A stretch of 60,723 nt of DNA from the NCBI GenBank assembly GCA_039768455.1, contig JBDNAJ010000015.1, positions 1 to 60,723 on the forward strand, read 5' to 3'. The stretch's first letter is position 1. Each line of letters begins with the position of its first letter. Made by a program: the position numbers and the translations under genes. The notes under the pieces were generated by a model. The model searched no databases. It was not told the DNA's origin and saw nothing but the letters and a program-made list of their open reading frames with translations. This DNA is from Candidatus Arcticimaribacter sp. (GTDB lineage Bacteria > Bacteroidota > Bacteroidia > Flavobacteriales > Flavobacteriaceae). This document shows, piece after piece, positions 29,933-40,104 of the stretch.

Positions 29933-31255
29933 TTATAAGGTTTCTTCTTCTGTAGGGGGGTTGATCTCTGGATTGTTTTCTTCTGGGGGAAGCGCTGTTG
30001 TTTGATCTGGCGGGAGTATATCTTGCTCTTCGGGAAGTGTAATTTCTTCAGGGAGTGCAGTTTCTTTTTTCATCGTACCTCTTGTCATGACGAGCATCGA
30101 GGCTAGAATGACGACTAAAAGAACTTTTTCGTCGATCAATACTTTGGCTTCGCCTAAAAATTTAACTTCTGCAATTTGAAGAAATAAAAGGATACTAATC
30201 AAGCCGCGAGGCGAAATAAACACCAAAGGGGAAGGACTTAATTTAAAGGTAGTTACTGTAAAATACACATAGCGTAATGCCCACATGATTCCAAAAATGA
30301 CCAAGCCATAAACAAAGGGTTCTGTGGAAGTAAAGTCAGTTATTTTAATGGAGAATCCAAAGAAAAGAAAGAAAAAGGTTTTGACTAAAAAGGTAGATTC
30401 AGCCGTTAAAATATGAAACTCGTGTAAGCCTTTTTCGGTTTCTTCTAAGTCGAGACGCCTTTTTAAAAATCCCGGTAATAAGGCCTTTACATTGCTTAAA
30501 AATAAGCCAAAGATAAAGATCGTGACTAAGGCAGGAAGATGGAAGAATTTCCCAAAGGCATAGACTAAGATAAGTAAAGCTAAAATGAGGAAGAACTTTA
30601 CGTGATGTTCAATTTTTTGTAGCAATTGAAACAGACAAAAGGTGATGAATAAAGAGACTATAATGACCCCTAAAATTTGCAATCCTAAAGCGATAAGGGA
30701 TTCTGGACTAACCAGAGATTGATTGGTTTCAAACTGCCGAATCGCATAATTAAACAACATGATCCCTAAGATATCTGAAAAGGTGGACTCATAAACCACA
30801 AACTCTTTTTCTTGCTGTCTCAATCCTGCACTAGAGGGAATGGCCACCGCACTACTAATAATCGAAAGAGGTGTCGCATAAATTATCGCTGCTTGATGAG
30901 ACATGCCTAAAAGGTGTTCAAAAGCCAGACTAATCGCGATTACATTAAGGATTAAAATAAGCCCAGCGGCGAGAAATCCTTTGATGATCACGGGTAGTTT
31001 ATCTACTGTAATATTGAGTTCAAGGGCTCCTTCTAAAACAATTAAAATTAATCCAATGGTACCTAAAACAGGAATAAGCCCATCTAAAAAATCAAATTCA
31101 TCTATACCGTAAATGGTCGTGGCTAATCGAACGCTGATCCCAGTAAACATCAAGAGAATGACTGCTGGAAATTTTGTTTTCCGTGCGATTATATCAAACA
31201 CATAGGAAAAGATGATCAAGAGGGGTAAGACAATTAATATAGATAAGGTGCTCAT
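29933..31255 (-). CDS. Cation:proton antiporter (CPA1-like)
   Basis: About 12 hydrophobic helices; ISSAVAIP, YESTFSDILG, PRGLIS motifs. Confidence 0.8.
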   Translation of the reverse strand: MSTLSILIVLPLLIIFSYVFDIIARKTKFPAVILLMFTGISVRLATTIYGIDEFDFLDGLIPVLGTIGLILIVLEGALELNITVDKLPVIIKGFLAAGLILILNVIAISLAFEHLLGMSHQAAIIYATPLSIISSAVAIPSSAGLRQQEKEFVVYESTFSDILGIMLFNYAIRQFETNQSLVSPESLIALGLQILGVIIVSLFITFCLFQLLQKIEHHVKFFLILALLILVYAFGKFFHLPALVTIFIFGLFLSNVKALLPGFLKRRLDLEETEKGLHEFHILTAESTFLVKTFFFLFFGFSIKITDFTSTEPFVYGLVIFGIMWALRYVYFTVTTFKLSPSPLVFISPRGLISILLFLQIAEVKFLGEAKVLIDEKVLLVVILASMLVMTRGTMKKETALPEEITLPEEQDILPPDQTTALPPEENNPEINPPTEEETL

Positions 31256-31285
31256 CTCTTTGTACTTTTAATCAAGATAAAGAAT

Positions 31286-32194
31286 CTATTTTAGTTCGAC
31301 CCAATTTTTAGGCTGTTTCAATACTTTGATGAGCTCTTCTTCTGGAGAATTTGCTTCGGGTTCATGATTGTATTTCCATTGTACCTGTGGAGGCAGGCTC
31401 ATTAAAATACTTTCAATACGGCCATTGGTCTTTAAACCAAACAAGGTTCCTTTATCGTGAACAAGATTAAACTCTACATATCGTCCACGACGAATTTCTT
31501 GCCAGTTGCGTTGTGCCTCAGTAAAGGGAAGGTCTTTTCTTCTTTCAATAATGGGTACATAGGCGGTAAGAAAATGATTGGCTACGTCTGTCACAAAAGC
31601 ATACCATTCTTCCATGCTTTTTTGTTGCGGCTTGAGGTAGTCAAAAAACAAGCCTCCTAAACCACGGGCTTCATTGCGATGGGCGTTCCAGAAATATTCG
31701 TCGCAACGTTTTTTATAGGTTGCATAGAAAGAAGGATCATGTCGATCGCAAGCATCTTTACACGTTTGATGAAAGTGTATGGCATCTTCTTCAAAAAGAT
31801 AATAGGGAGTTAAATCAAGGCCTCCGCCAAACCATTGATCGGCGATTTCACCATTGGCATCATACAATTCAAAATAACGCCAGTTAGCGTGAACTGTGGG
31901 AGCTAAAGGGTTTTTAGGGTGAAGAACTAGACTTAAACCACAGGCATAAAAAGAAGCCTCACTCACATTAAAATGCGTTTGCATGGTAGCGGGTAAGGTT
32001 CCATGAACCCCAGAAATATTGACGCCTCCTTTTTCAAAAACAGCTCCGTTTTCAATTACGCGAGTGCGGCCACCGCCACCTTCTGGACGATCCCAGAGGT
32101 CTTCTTGAAAGCTGGCTTGACCATCTACTTTTTCAATGGCTGCAGTAATGGTGTCTTGTAGGTCACAGATGTACTTGTAAAATTGGGTGCGCAT
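31286..32194 (-). CDS. hemF: Oxygen-dependent coproporphyrinogen III oxidase
   Basis: FEKGGVN, HPKNP..PTVHAN.R, WFGGGLDLTP, RRGRYVEFNL. Confidence 0.97.
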   Translation of the reverse strand: MRTQFYKYICDLQDTITAAIEKVDGQASFQEDLWDRPEGGGGRTRVIENGAVFEKGGVNISGVHGTLPATMQTHFNVSEASFYACGLSLVLHPKNPLAPTVHANWRYFELYDANGEIADQWFGGGLDLTPYYLFEEDAIHFHQTCKDACDRHDPSFYATYKKRCDEYFWNAHRNEARGLGGLFFDYLKPQQKSMEEWYAFVTDVANHFLTAYVPIIERRKDLPFTEAQRNWQEIRRGRYVEFNLVHDKGTLFGLKTNGRIESILMSLPPQVQWKYNHEPEANSPEEELIKVLKQPKNWVELK

Positions 32195-32197
32195 GAT

Positions 32198-33223
32198 TTA
32201 TACTTTATATTCTTTTACTGCATCGACAAAAGCCTGGGCGTGATCAACGGGGATATTGGGTAGAATCCCATGACCTAGGTTTACGATATAGCGATCTTTT
32301 CCAAAGCCGTCAATCATTTTCTTGACTTCGCTTTTAATGGTGGGGATAGGAGAGAGCAAACGCGATGGATCAAAATTTCCTTGAAGGGTAATTTGACCTC
32401 CAGAGAGGTAACGCGCATTGCGGGCAGAACAGGTCCAGTCCACCCCTAGAGCAGAAGCGCCAGATTTTGCCATATCGTGAAGGGCAAACCAACAGCCTTT
32501 TCCAAAGACAATCACGGGGATATCGTCTTTTAAAGCGGTAACGATTTGCTGGATATAAGGCCAAGAGAAGATATTGTAATCGTCTGGAGAAAGTAATCCT
32601 CCCCAAGAGTCAAATAGTTGCACGGCATCAACTCCCGCAGCTATTTTTGCTTTTAGGTAATCGATGGTGGTATCGGTAATCATTTGCAATAGGCGGTGCG
32701 CTAGTTCGGGTTGACTAAAGCAAAAGGCTTTTGCTATGTCAAAGTTTTTTGAGCCCTGCCCTTGAACAGCATAACACAGCAAGGTCCAGGGAGACCCCGC
32801 AAAACCGATTAAAGGAACGCGGTCGTTCAAGGCTTGTTTGGTCATTTTAACCGCATCGATAACATAGCCTAAAGCGACTTGGGCATCGGGGACAATAACT
32901 TCGTTGAGTTCTTTTTCTGAACGAATGGGAGTGGGAATCCATGGCCCCACTTCTGGTTTCATTTCTACTTCAATATTCATGGCTTGAAGGACCACTAAAA
33001 TATCGCTAAAGAGAATAGCGGCATCTGTCCCCACTTGATCAATGGGCATGATGGTGATTTCAGTCGCTAGTTCTGGGGTTTGACAGCGGGTAAAGAAATC
33101 ATACTTTGCCTTGAGTTTCATGAAATCTGGAAGGTATCTTCCTGCTTGACGCATCATCCATACGGGTGGTCGTTCAACCGTTTCTCCTTTTAAAGCGCGT
33201 AAAAATAAATCGTTTTGTATCAT
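32198..33223 (-). CDS. hemE: Uroporphyrinogen decarboxylase
   Basis: [31 protein letters not shown]. Confidence 0.97.
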   Translation of the reverse strand: MIQNDLFLRALKGETVERPPVWMMRQAGRYLPDFMKLKAKYDFFTRCQTPELATEITIMPIDQVGTDAAILFSDILVVLQAMNIEVEMKPEVGPWIPTPIRSEKELNEVIVPDAQVALGYVIDAVKMTKQALNDRVPLIGFAGSPWTLLCYAVQGQGSKNFDIAKAFCFSQPELAHRLLQMITDTTIDYLKAKIAAGVDAVQLFDSWGGLLSPDDYNIFSWPYIQQIVTALKDDIPVIVFGKGCWFALHDMAKSGASALGVDWTCSARNARYLSGGQITLQGNFDPSRLLSPIPTIKSEVKKMIDGFGKDRYIVNLGHGILPNIPVDHAQAFVDAVKEYKV

Positions 33224-33879
33224 GCTAGTGTTGTGGTGTATTTTCTAACAGCGGCAATTAAATGCTCAATGGTGGGTTGGCTCGCTGTGATAATGTTATC
33301 GGTATAAGTTTGTAGGCATTTCGCCGTTGTTTCCCCTAGTGCAAAACTAGTGGTTTGCGCCAGGCTGTTGTTTTGTAAATAGCTTTCGACGCCAGAAGGG
33401 CTGTAAAAAAGGACAGCGTCATAATCCCCCATGACTTTGGGTTGTGCGATAGTCGTGTAGGTCTCAATAACTTCTAATGCCTTTTTTTCTTGTTTAAAAG
33501 CGGCTTCAATATTTGGCATTCTGCGGTTTCCGGTAAAAAACAAAAACGACTCGTTTTTAGCGTTTTTTAGGATAAAATCAACTAAAATAGACGAATTTTG
33601 AGCCATTTTGATCACTTTTTGACCATTTTCTTCTAATAGCTTTTGGGTTTTTTCTCCCACACAATAGCAATTATTTGCGCTATTGCGGAATTGATTAAAG
33701 ACAGCTTTAACCGCATTTTGAGAGCTAAAGATTAAGGACTTATTGTTTAGGTCGGCTTCAAAACTTTTTGCGGTAGTTGATATAAAGTCCCAACAGCTAT
33801 AGCTCACGCCTGTTTGGATCAATCTGTTTTGCTGTTCAACAGGCAAACATTTAGTCGATAAAAGTCTAATGTTATGCAT
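33220..33879 (-). CDS. hemD: Uroporphyrinogen-III synthase
   Basis: [26 protein letters not shown]; lies between hemC and hemE. Confidence 0.9.
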   Translation of the reverse strand: MHNIRLLSTKCLPVEQQNRLIQTGVSYSCWDFISTTAKSFEADLNNKSLIFSSQNAVKAVFNQFRNSANNCYCVGEKTQKLLEENGQKVIKMAQNSSILVDFILKNAKNESFLFFTGNRRMPNIEAAFKQEKKALEVIETYTTIAQPKVMGDYDAVLFYSPSGVESYLQNNSLAQTTSFALGETTAKCLQTYTDNIITASQPTIEHLIAAVRKYTTTLA

Positions 33880-34786
33880 GCCCTTTTTTGAATTCTTTCA
33901 TCAATAGGTCTCCCCCTTGTTGGAGTAATGCTTTGGCGAGTATCGCCCCCATTTTATCTGCCTCTTTTTTAGGGAAGCGCTTTTTGATTTCTTGCGGAAG
34001 GCTCCCCTCTAAAGAATATAGTCCTCCACTAAAATGGACGGTATCCTTTTCGCAATAAGCATATGCTCCTATTGGGGCGGTACAGCCTCCCTCTAGGGTA
34101 CTTAAAAAATCGCGTTCAACCTGAGTGCAAATTTCTGCTTCACGGTCATTGAGTAAAGTGAGTTGCTGAGCGATATCTTCGTTTTCTAAACGGCACACTA
34201 CCATTAAAGCCCCTTGTGCTGGAGCGGGTAACAGTTGGTCGAGCGATTCAACGATTTCGTCTTTAATGTCTAGTCGATGCAGGGCGGCTTCGGCAAAAAT
34301 GGCGCCATCCCAGTCTTCTTCTTGCAGTTTTTTAAGGCGGGTTTGAATGTTTCCTCTCAAGGGAACAATCTTGTCTTGGGGGTTTTCCGCCATCCATTGC
34401 GCCTTTCTTCTAAGACTGCCAGTGGCGATGGTCTTTGTCGCTTTGGCTTTAGCCATATTATTCTTCCACACCATGATATCTCCCACTGCGCCTCTTTCTA
34501 AAACAGCGGCTTGAACAATTCCTTTGGGCAATTGAGTAGGGACATCTTTCATGCTGTGAATGGCGATATCGATGTCTTTATTGAGCAGTGCAATATCCAG
34601 GGTTTTAGTAAAAATCCCCGTGATCCCCATGGCATAGAGGGGTTGCTCTAAATTGAGATCTCCCTGACTTTTTATGGGAACTAGTTCTGCAGTGATGCCT
34701 AGTTCTAACAAACGTTCTTGCAGGGTGTTTGCTTGCCAAAGGGCCAATGCGCTATCGCGTGTGCCTATGCGCAAAACCCTATTCAT
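33872..34786 (-). CDS. hemC: Hydroxymethylbilane synthase
   Basis: IGTRDSALALWQ, GIFTK, HSMKD, RGNIQTRL, GGC cofactor Cys. Confidence 0.97.
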   Translation of the reverse strand: MNRVLRIGTRDSALALWQANTLQERLLELGITAELVPIKSQGDLNLEQPLYAMGITGIFTKTLDIALLNKDIDIAIHSMKDVPTQLPKGIVQAAVLERGAVGDIMVWKNNMAKAKATKTIATGSLRRKAQWMAENPQDKIVPLRGNIQTRLKKLQEEDWDGAIFAEAALHRLDIKDEIVESLDQLLPAPAQGALMVVCRLENEDIAQQLTLLNDREAEICTQVERDFLSTLEGGCTAPIGAYAYCEKDTVHFSGGLYSLEGSLPQEIKKRFPKKEADKMGAILAKALLQQGGDLLMKEFKKGHA

Positions 34787-36026
34787 GATGCGAAGGATCT
34801 AATTGAAAAACGTCTTTAAAAATGTTTAAGGCGTCGCTGGCTTTAGCTGGGTTCTCTTTTAAGAAATTAGCGAGTTGTCCTGTGATTTTCTGAATCATTT
34901 GATCAGACACTAGGGTCGCTTCTTCTGGCAGGTTTTGTTTGCGTTCGCGGGCTTTAATTTCGGCAGTTTGTTGTGCCGTTAGTTTTGCTTTTAAAGCGCG
35001 CAGGGTAGGGGCATATTGACGGTCGTGTAACCACTGTGAAAACTCGGCTTCAATTTCCCGAAGAATTTCTTCTGCATGGGGCAAGTGCTTTTTGCGCTCT
35101 TCTAGTGTTTTGTTGGTAATCTGCGAAAGGGTGTCGAGGTTAACTACTTTTACATGCTCCAAGTTTTTCACATTTTCATGCACATTGCTGGGGATGGATA
35201 AATCCAAAATTAGCAAGGGTTTCTCGGTATGTATAATGTCTTTTGCTACAGTGGGAAGCTGTGCGCCAGTAGCGACAATCATTACATCTGCCTTGCGAAT
35301 TTCTGTGGGTAATTCGCCGTATTCTTTGACCAGGACATTGAATTTTCCCGCGATATTTTTTGCCTTTTCGTGGGTGCGGTTGATCAAAACAATATGATCA
35401 TTTTCGGTATGCTTGATGAGGTTCTCACAAGTATTTCTCCCTATTTTTCCGGTACCAAAAAGGAGAATGTTTTTGTCTGAAACTGCCTCAATATTCTGAA
35501 TGATATATTGCACTGAAGCAAAAGCGACAGAGGTCGCTCCAGTCGAAATCTTAGTTTCGGTTTTAATGCGTTTACTCGCTTGAATAACGGCATTGACCAG
35601 GCGTTCTGAAAAGCCATTGACTAGGCCTAATTTTTTTGAACGATAAAAACCTTGCTTTAATTGACCGATGATTTCAAAGTCTCCTAAAATTTGCGAGTCC
35701 AATCCTGTACCTACTTTAAAGATGTGATGAATGGCTTCTTCGTTCTTTAAGATAAATCCCAGTTGTTCAAAAACACCTAACTCTCCCCCAGAATGGGCAC
35801 AAAGTAATTTGATGATTTGATAGGGATGTTCTGCATAGGCATAGATTTCTGTCCTATTGCAAGTGGTGTTGATCAAGATTTCTTTAATGCCTTTTTCCTT
35901 GGCTTCCTTGAGAAGGCTAACACATTGCTCATTGCTCAAGCTAAATTGCCCCCTTGTACTAAGGTCAGCAGTTTTATAGCTTATCCCAATGGTATAAAAA
36001 TGGTGTGTAGTAGAATCTACCTTCAT
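34779..36026 (-). CDS. hemA: Glutamyl-tRNA reductase
   Basis: TCNRTE catalytic Cys, GLDSQILGDFEIIGQ, GTGKIG. Start ATG 36026, because GTG 36044 is only 2 nt from the -7 element. Confidence 0.96.
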   Translation of the reverse strand: MKVDSTTHHFYTIGISYKTADLSTRGQFSLSNEQCVSLLKEAKEKGIKEILINTTCNRTEIYAYAEHPYQIIKLLCAHSGGELGVFEQLGFILKNEEAIHHIFKVGTGLDSQILGDFEIIGQLKQGFYRSKKLGLVNGFSERLVNAVIQASKRIKTETKISTGATSVAFASVQYIIQNIEAVSDKNILLFGTGKIGRNTCENLIKHTENDHIVLINRTHEKAKNIAGKFNVLVKEYGELPTEIRKADVMIVATGAQLPTVAKDIIHTEKPLLILDLSIPSNVHENVKNLEHVKVVNLDTLSQITNKTLEERKKHLPHAEEILREIEAEFSQWLHDRQYAPTLRALKAKLTAQQTAEIKARERKQNLPEEATLVSDQMIQKITGQLANFLKENPAKASDALNIFKDVFQLDPSHHE

Positions 36027-36046
36027 GATCAAATCTAAATCCACTA

Positions 36047-36102
36047 CAAAAATAAAGGACGCCAGAGAAAAAAAGTAACGCTAAAAGTAGAGAAAGTAAC
36101 GC
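36047..36102 (-). promoter_or_regulatory. hemA promoter: -7 element plus direct repeat AAAGTAACGC x2 at 21-bp spacing
   Basis: CAAAAATA at 36047-36054 (TATTTTTG on minus); AAAGTAACGC at 36072-36081 and 36093-36102. Confidence 0.7.
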
Positions 36103-36162
36103 AAAGCGATTATTTTTGATTAAATTCAACAAAAACAAGTGTTTAATTTGGCTTATACAAGC

Positions 36163-36185
36163 CTATTAAGAACTATTCTAAATAA
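36163..36185 (+). promoter_or_regulatory. 23-bp palindromic operator upstream of the AraC gene (putative Fur-type iron box)
   Basis: CTATTAAGAAC-T-ATTCTAAATAA; right arm identical to the feoA site. Confidence 0.65.
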
Positions 36186-36201
36186 ATAAACCTCCTTTTC
36201 G

Positions 36202-37086
36202 ATGGATAAAAATAACGATAAAAGTTTAGCAAAGCTAACCGAGATTGAAGAAGGCTTTTTTGTGATGCGTTTTCAAAATGATAGTGCAGCGGTTATTCGT
36301 GAAACACGAGAGATGAGCAGCAGTTTTATTCAGTTTCATTTCTGTACAAAAGGCCGCGGTGATTTTCTTTTTAACGATGGGAATTACAGCTTTCCAGTAG
36401 AAGAAGAAAACAATATCTTGTTGTTTAATCCCCAGCGGGATTTACCCATGGATTTAAAGTTAGCCCCTAACGCATGGCTGGTGAGTGTGGTTATTTCTAT
36501 CAAGAAGTTTCACAGTTTGTTTTCACAAGACGCCGACCATATCCACTTTTTGAGTCCAGATAATTTGACTAAAAAGTACTATGATACTTCAATTATTACC
36601 CCCAGTATGGCGGTGGTGTTGAGCCAGATTTTAAGTGCGAATGTTCACCCCTCTATGCAGGCCCTTTATCTCAAAGGGAAGGTGTATGAATTGCTAAGTC
36701 TTTATTTTAATAAAAGCGAGGATGCGAACAGTGAACAATGTCCATTTTTAGTCGACGAGGAAAATGTACGTAAGATTAGGCAAGCCAAAGAAATCATTTT
36801 AACCCATATGGCAGAACCCCCCTCTTTACAAGCCTTATCAGATGAAATTGAGCTAAGCCTTAGCAAGTTAAAAGAAGGCTTTAAACAACTTTATGGGGAT
36901 ACAGTTTATGGCTATTTATTGTCGCATAAAATGGAAGAGGCAAGACGAATGCTTGAATCGGGGAAATACAATGTCAACGAGGTTGGCTTAAAGATTGGCT
37001 ATTCTACCGCAAGTCATTTTATTGCTGCCTTTAAAAAGAAATATGGCACCACCCCAAAAAAATACCTACTATCCTTATCTTCGTAA
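36202..37086 (+). CDS. AraC family transcriptional regulator
   Basis: C-terminal double HTH (PPSLQALS...KLKEGFKQLYG...EVGLKIGYSTASHFIAAFKKKYGTTP); QFHFC N-domain; QCPF in the linker. Confidence 0.95.
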   Translation: MDKNNDKSLAKLTEIEEGFFVMRFQNDSAAVIRETREMSSSFIQFHFCTKGRGDFLFNDGNYSFPVEEENNILLFNPQRDLPMDLKLAPNAWLVSVVISIKKFHSLFSQDADHIHFLSPDNLTKKYYDTSIITPSMAVVLSQILSANVHPSMQALYLKGKVYELLSLYFNKSEDANSEQCPFLVDEENVRKIRQAKEIILTHMAEPPSLQALSDEIELSLSKLKEGFKQLYGDTVYGYLLSHKMEEARRMLESGKYNVNEVGLKIGYSTASHFIAAFKKKYGTTPKKYLLSLSS

Positions 37087-37133
37087 AAAAATTGCCGGCG
37101 GAGCTTTCCACCATAAAAGAAAAGAAAAAGTAT

Positions 37134-38162
37134 ATGAAAGGAGTCTTATTGGTCAATTTAGGGTCGCCAGATAGCCCTAACCCACCAGATGTAAAAACCT
37201 ATTTAGGAGAGTTTTTAATGGATGAAAGGGTAATTGATTTACCTAAACTATTCCGTACCTTACTGGTGAAGGGGATTATCTTAAATACCCGTCCAAAGAA
37301 ATCGGCAAAAGCCTATAAAAAAATATGGTGGGAAGAAGGATCACCCTTAATCGTTTTATCAGAACGACTTCAAGCGAAAGTGCAGGACAAAGTGAGTGTC
37401 CCAGTAGAATTGGCCATGCGTTATGGAAAACCTTCCATTAAAACTGGGCTTCAAGCCTTAGCTGATAGAGGGGTGACAGAAACCTTAATTATTCCGCTTT
37501 ACCCACAGTTTGCCATGGCGACGACAGAGACTATTTTAGTCTTGGCAGAAGAATTGCGCCAACAGCATTTCCCGCAAATGAGCTTTACGGCCTTGCCGCC
37601 TTTTTACAAGCATCCAGACTATGTTAGAGTTTTGTCAAATTCGATTCAAGACCATTTGAAAGACAAAGAATGGGAGCATTTATTGTTCTCCTATCACGGG
37701 GTGCCAAAACGCCATATTCGCAAGTCAGACATCACAAAGTCCCACTGTAAAATGGATGGAAAATGTTGTCATACCGACTCTCCAGCCCATGAGTTTTGCT
37801 ATAGTCATCAATGCTATGAAACCACAAAACAAGTTGCCGAATATTTAGAATTAAAAGAAGGGACTTATTCCACTTCTTTTCAATCGCGACTGGGACTCGA
37901 TCCGTGGTTGCAGCCGTATACCGATAAAACCATTGAGGCTTTCGCCAAAAAGGGCACTAAAAAAATGGCGGTGGTCACGCCCGCATTTGTCTCAGACTGT
38001 CTAGAAACCTTGGAAGAAATTGGCATGGAAGCTGCCGAAGATTTTGAAGATAATGGAGGAGAACACCTAGAAGTAGTTCCCTGCATTAATGATCGCGAAG
38101 AGTGGATCAATGTAATGAGTCGCTGGGTCGATGAATGGGCCCTTTCACCCGTAAAAGCCTAA
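37134..38162 (+). CDS. hemH: Ferrochelatase
   Basis: GVLLVNLGSP, AMRYGKP, PLYPQF, FSYHG, FQSR, WLQP, DCLETLEE. Confidence 0.97.
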   Translation: MKGVLLVNLGSPDSPNPPDVKTYLGEFLMDERVIDLPKLFRTLLVKGIILNTRPKKSAKAYKKIWWEEGSPLIVLSERLQAKVQDKVSVPVELAMRYGKPSIKTGLQALADRGVTETLIIPLYPQFAMATTETILVLAEELRQQHFPQMSFTALPPFYKHPDYVRVLSNSIQDHLKDKEWEHLLFSYHGVPKRHIRKSDITKSHCKMDGKCCHTDSPAHEFCYSHQCYETTKQVAEYLELKEGTYSTSFQSRLGLDPWLQPYTDKTIEAFAKKGTKKMAVVTPAFVSDCLETLEEIGMEAAEDFEDNGGEHLEVVPCINDREEWINVMSRWVDEWALSPVKA

Positions 38163-39505
38163 TGGCAGATCGCTCGATACAAATGGGGACAGACCCCATT
38201 GGCAAACTATTGATACGGCAAGCGGTTCCAGCTTCCATAGGCATTCTTGTGATGTCACTCAATATTTTAATTGACACCATTTTTGTGGGACAGTGGATCG
38301 GTGCGAATGCAATTGCCGCCATCAATGTTGTTCTTCCAGTTTCTTTCTTTATTGCCGCTTTAGGGATGTCCATCGGGATGGGTGGCGGTTCTATTATCTC
38401 TAGGGCCTTAGGAAGTAATGAAAAAGCACGAGCGAATAAAGTCTTTGGAAATCAGTTGACCCTAACATTTCTTTTTACCCTAAGCTTTATGATTATGGGC
38501 TTGGTATTTTTGGAACATATCATTCCATTATTTGGTGGAAAGGGAGCGCTTTATCCCTTAGCTAGAATTTATTATATCATTGTGATGATTGGAGTGCCTA
38601 TACTAGGATTTTGTATGATGGGAAACAATACCATTCGTTCAGAAGGCAAGCCAAAGAATGCCATGTACGCCATGGTGTTGCCTTCAATCTCAAACTTGAT
38701 TTTAGACTATATTTTTATCTATCAGATGGATTGGGGGATGGAAGGTGCCGCCTGGGCAACCACCTTGTCTTATGCCATTTGTGGAGCGTATATTCTCTAT
38801 TTCTTTTTATCTAATAAATCAGATTTAAGTTTAGGTTGGAGTGATCTATTACTCGATTTAAAGATTGTTAAAGAGATGGGAGGATTGGGCTTTGTTACCC
38901 TTGCCAGACAAGCCGTGGTGAGTGTTACGGTCCTGTTACTGAATAATATTTTATTCACCTTAGAAGGAGAGAATTTAGTCGCCGTTTATGCTATTATTAG
39001 CCGCATGTTAATGTTTGCTCTTTTCCCTATCCTTGGGATCACACAAGGTTTTGTTCCTATTGCAGGCTTTAATTATGGCGCAAACAAAAAAGAGCGGGTG
39101 GTAGAAGTCATCAAGAAAGCCATTCTTTATGCGACGATATTAGCAACCTTGGTTTTTGTAATGATTGTCTTTTTTGCCGATCATATTGCAGCGGTGTTTA
39201 CAAATGAACCCGAAGTAGTTTCAACTACAGCAAATGTCTTGACTTGGGTCTTTTTAAGCACGCCCATTATTGGGATTCAGTTGATTGGGTCGGCTTATTT
39301 TCAAGCAATCGGGAAAGCAATCCCTGCCTTATTATTGACCTTGACGAGACAAGGTTTTTTCTTTATTCCATTGCTTTTGATCTTGCCGCGTTATTATGGT
39401 TCTTTTGGGGTGTGGATCTCTTTTCCTATCGCAGAAGCGGTCGCGACGGTGGTTACCGCCATCTTCTTACAGCGAGAGCTGAGAAAATATATCGCTTCCA
39501 GCTAG
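38162..39505 (+). CDS. MATE family efflux transporter (MepA-like)
   Basis: NILIDTIFVG, NLILDYIFI, GAAWAT, GFNYGA; ATG overlaps the hemH stop. Confidence 0.92.
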   Translation: MADRSIQMGTDPIGKLLIRQAVPASIGILVMSLNILIDTIFVGQWIGANAIAAINVVLPVSFFIAALGMSIGMGGGSIISRALGSNEKARANKVFGNQLTLTFLFTLSFMIMGLVFLEHIIPLFGGKGALYPLARIYYIIVMIGVPILGFCMMGNNTIRSEGKPKNAMYAMVLPSISNLILDYIFIYQMDWGMEGAAWATTLSYAICGAYILYFFLSNKSDLSLGWSDLLLDLKIVKEMGGLGFVTLARQAVVSVTVLLLNNILFTLEGENLVAVYAIISRMLMFALFPILGITQGFVPIAGFNYGANKKERVVEVIKKAILYATILATLVFVMIVFFADHIAAVFTNEPEVVSTTANVLTWVFLSTPIIGIQLIGSAYFQAIGKAIPALLLTLTRQGFFFIPLLLILPRYYGSFGVWISFPIAEAVATVVTAIFLQRELRKYIASS

Positions 39506-39560
39506 AGCGTTTGCTCTCTTCTTTTTGTATTTTTAGCAGAATAATTAATCTTATATCAAG

Positions 39561-40100
39561 GTGGACGCCTATTACAATTATATCAAATCTTTGCATTTAA
39601 TCTTTGTGATTACATGGTTTGCAGGCTTGTTTTATATGCCTCGTTTATTTATTTATCACATTGAGGCGATGGAAAAAGCCAGTCCAGATCGAGAAATTCT
39701 CGCAGAACAACTCAAATTGATGGCAAGGCGTTTATGGTATATCATCTCATGGCCATCGGCGGTATTAGCGACAATTTTTGCGCTGCTTTTACTCTATATC
39801 ATTCCGTCTTGGTTAACACAAGATTGGATGTTAATCAAGCTGTTTTTTGTAGGGTTGCTATTTCTGTATCATTTCAAGACCCATCGCATTTTTAAAGCCT
39901 TTCAAAAAGACGACATCCAATATTCTTCTCTGTTTATGCGGGTGTGGAATGAAGGGGCAACGCTCTTGCTTTTTGCCATTGTCTTTTTGGTGATTTTAAA
40001 GAGCAGTTTTCACTGGATTTTTGGGGTATTGTCTCTGGTAGGATTAGCTGTTTTATTGATGCTAGGGATTAAGCTGTACCAAAAAGTACGCAAGGATTAA
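39561..40100 (+). CDS. hemJ: Protoporphyrinogen IX oxidase HemJ (CopD/UPF0093 family)
   Basis: KSLHLIFVITWFAGLFYMPRLFIYH and R.WNE motifs; haem cluster context. Confidence 0.9.
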   Translation: MDAYYNYIKSLHLIFVITWFAGLFYMPRLFIYHIEAMEKASPDREILAEQLKLMARRLWYIISWPSAVLATIFALLLLYIIPSWLTQDWMLIKLFFVGLLFLYHFKTHRIFKAFQKDDIQYSSLFMRVWNEGATLLLFAIVFLVILKSSFHWIFGVLSLVGLAVLLMLGIKLYQKVRKD

Positions 40101-40104
40101 AGTT

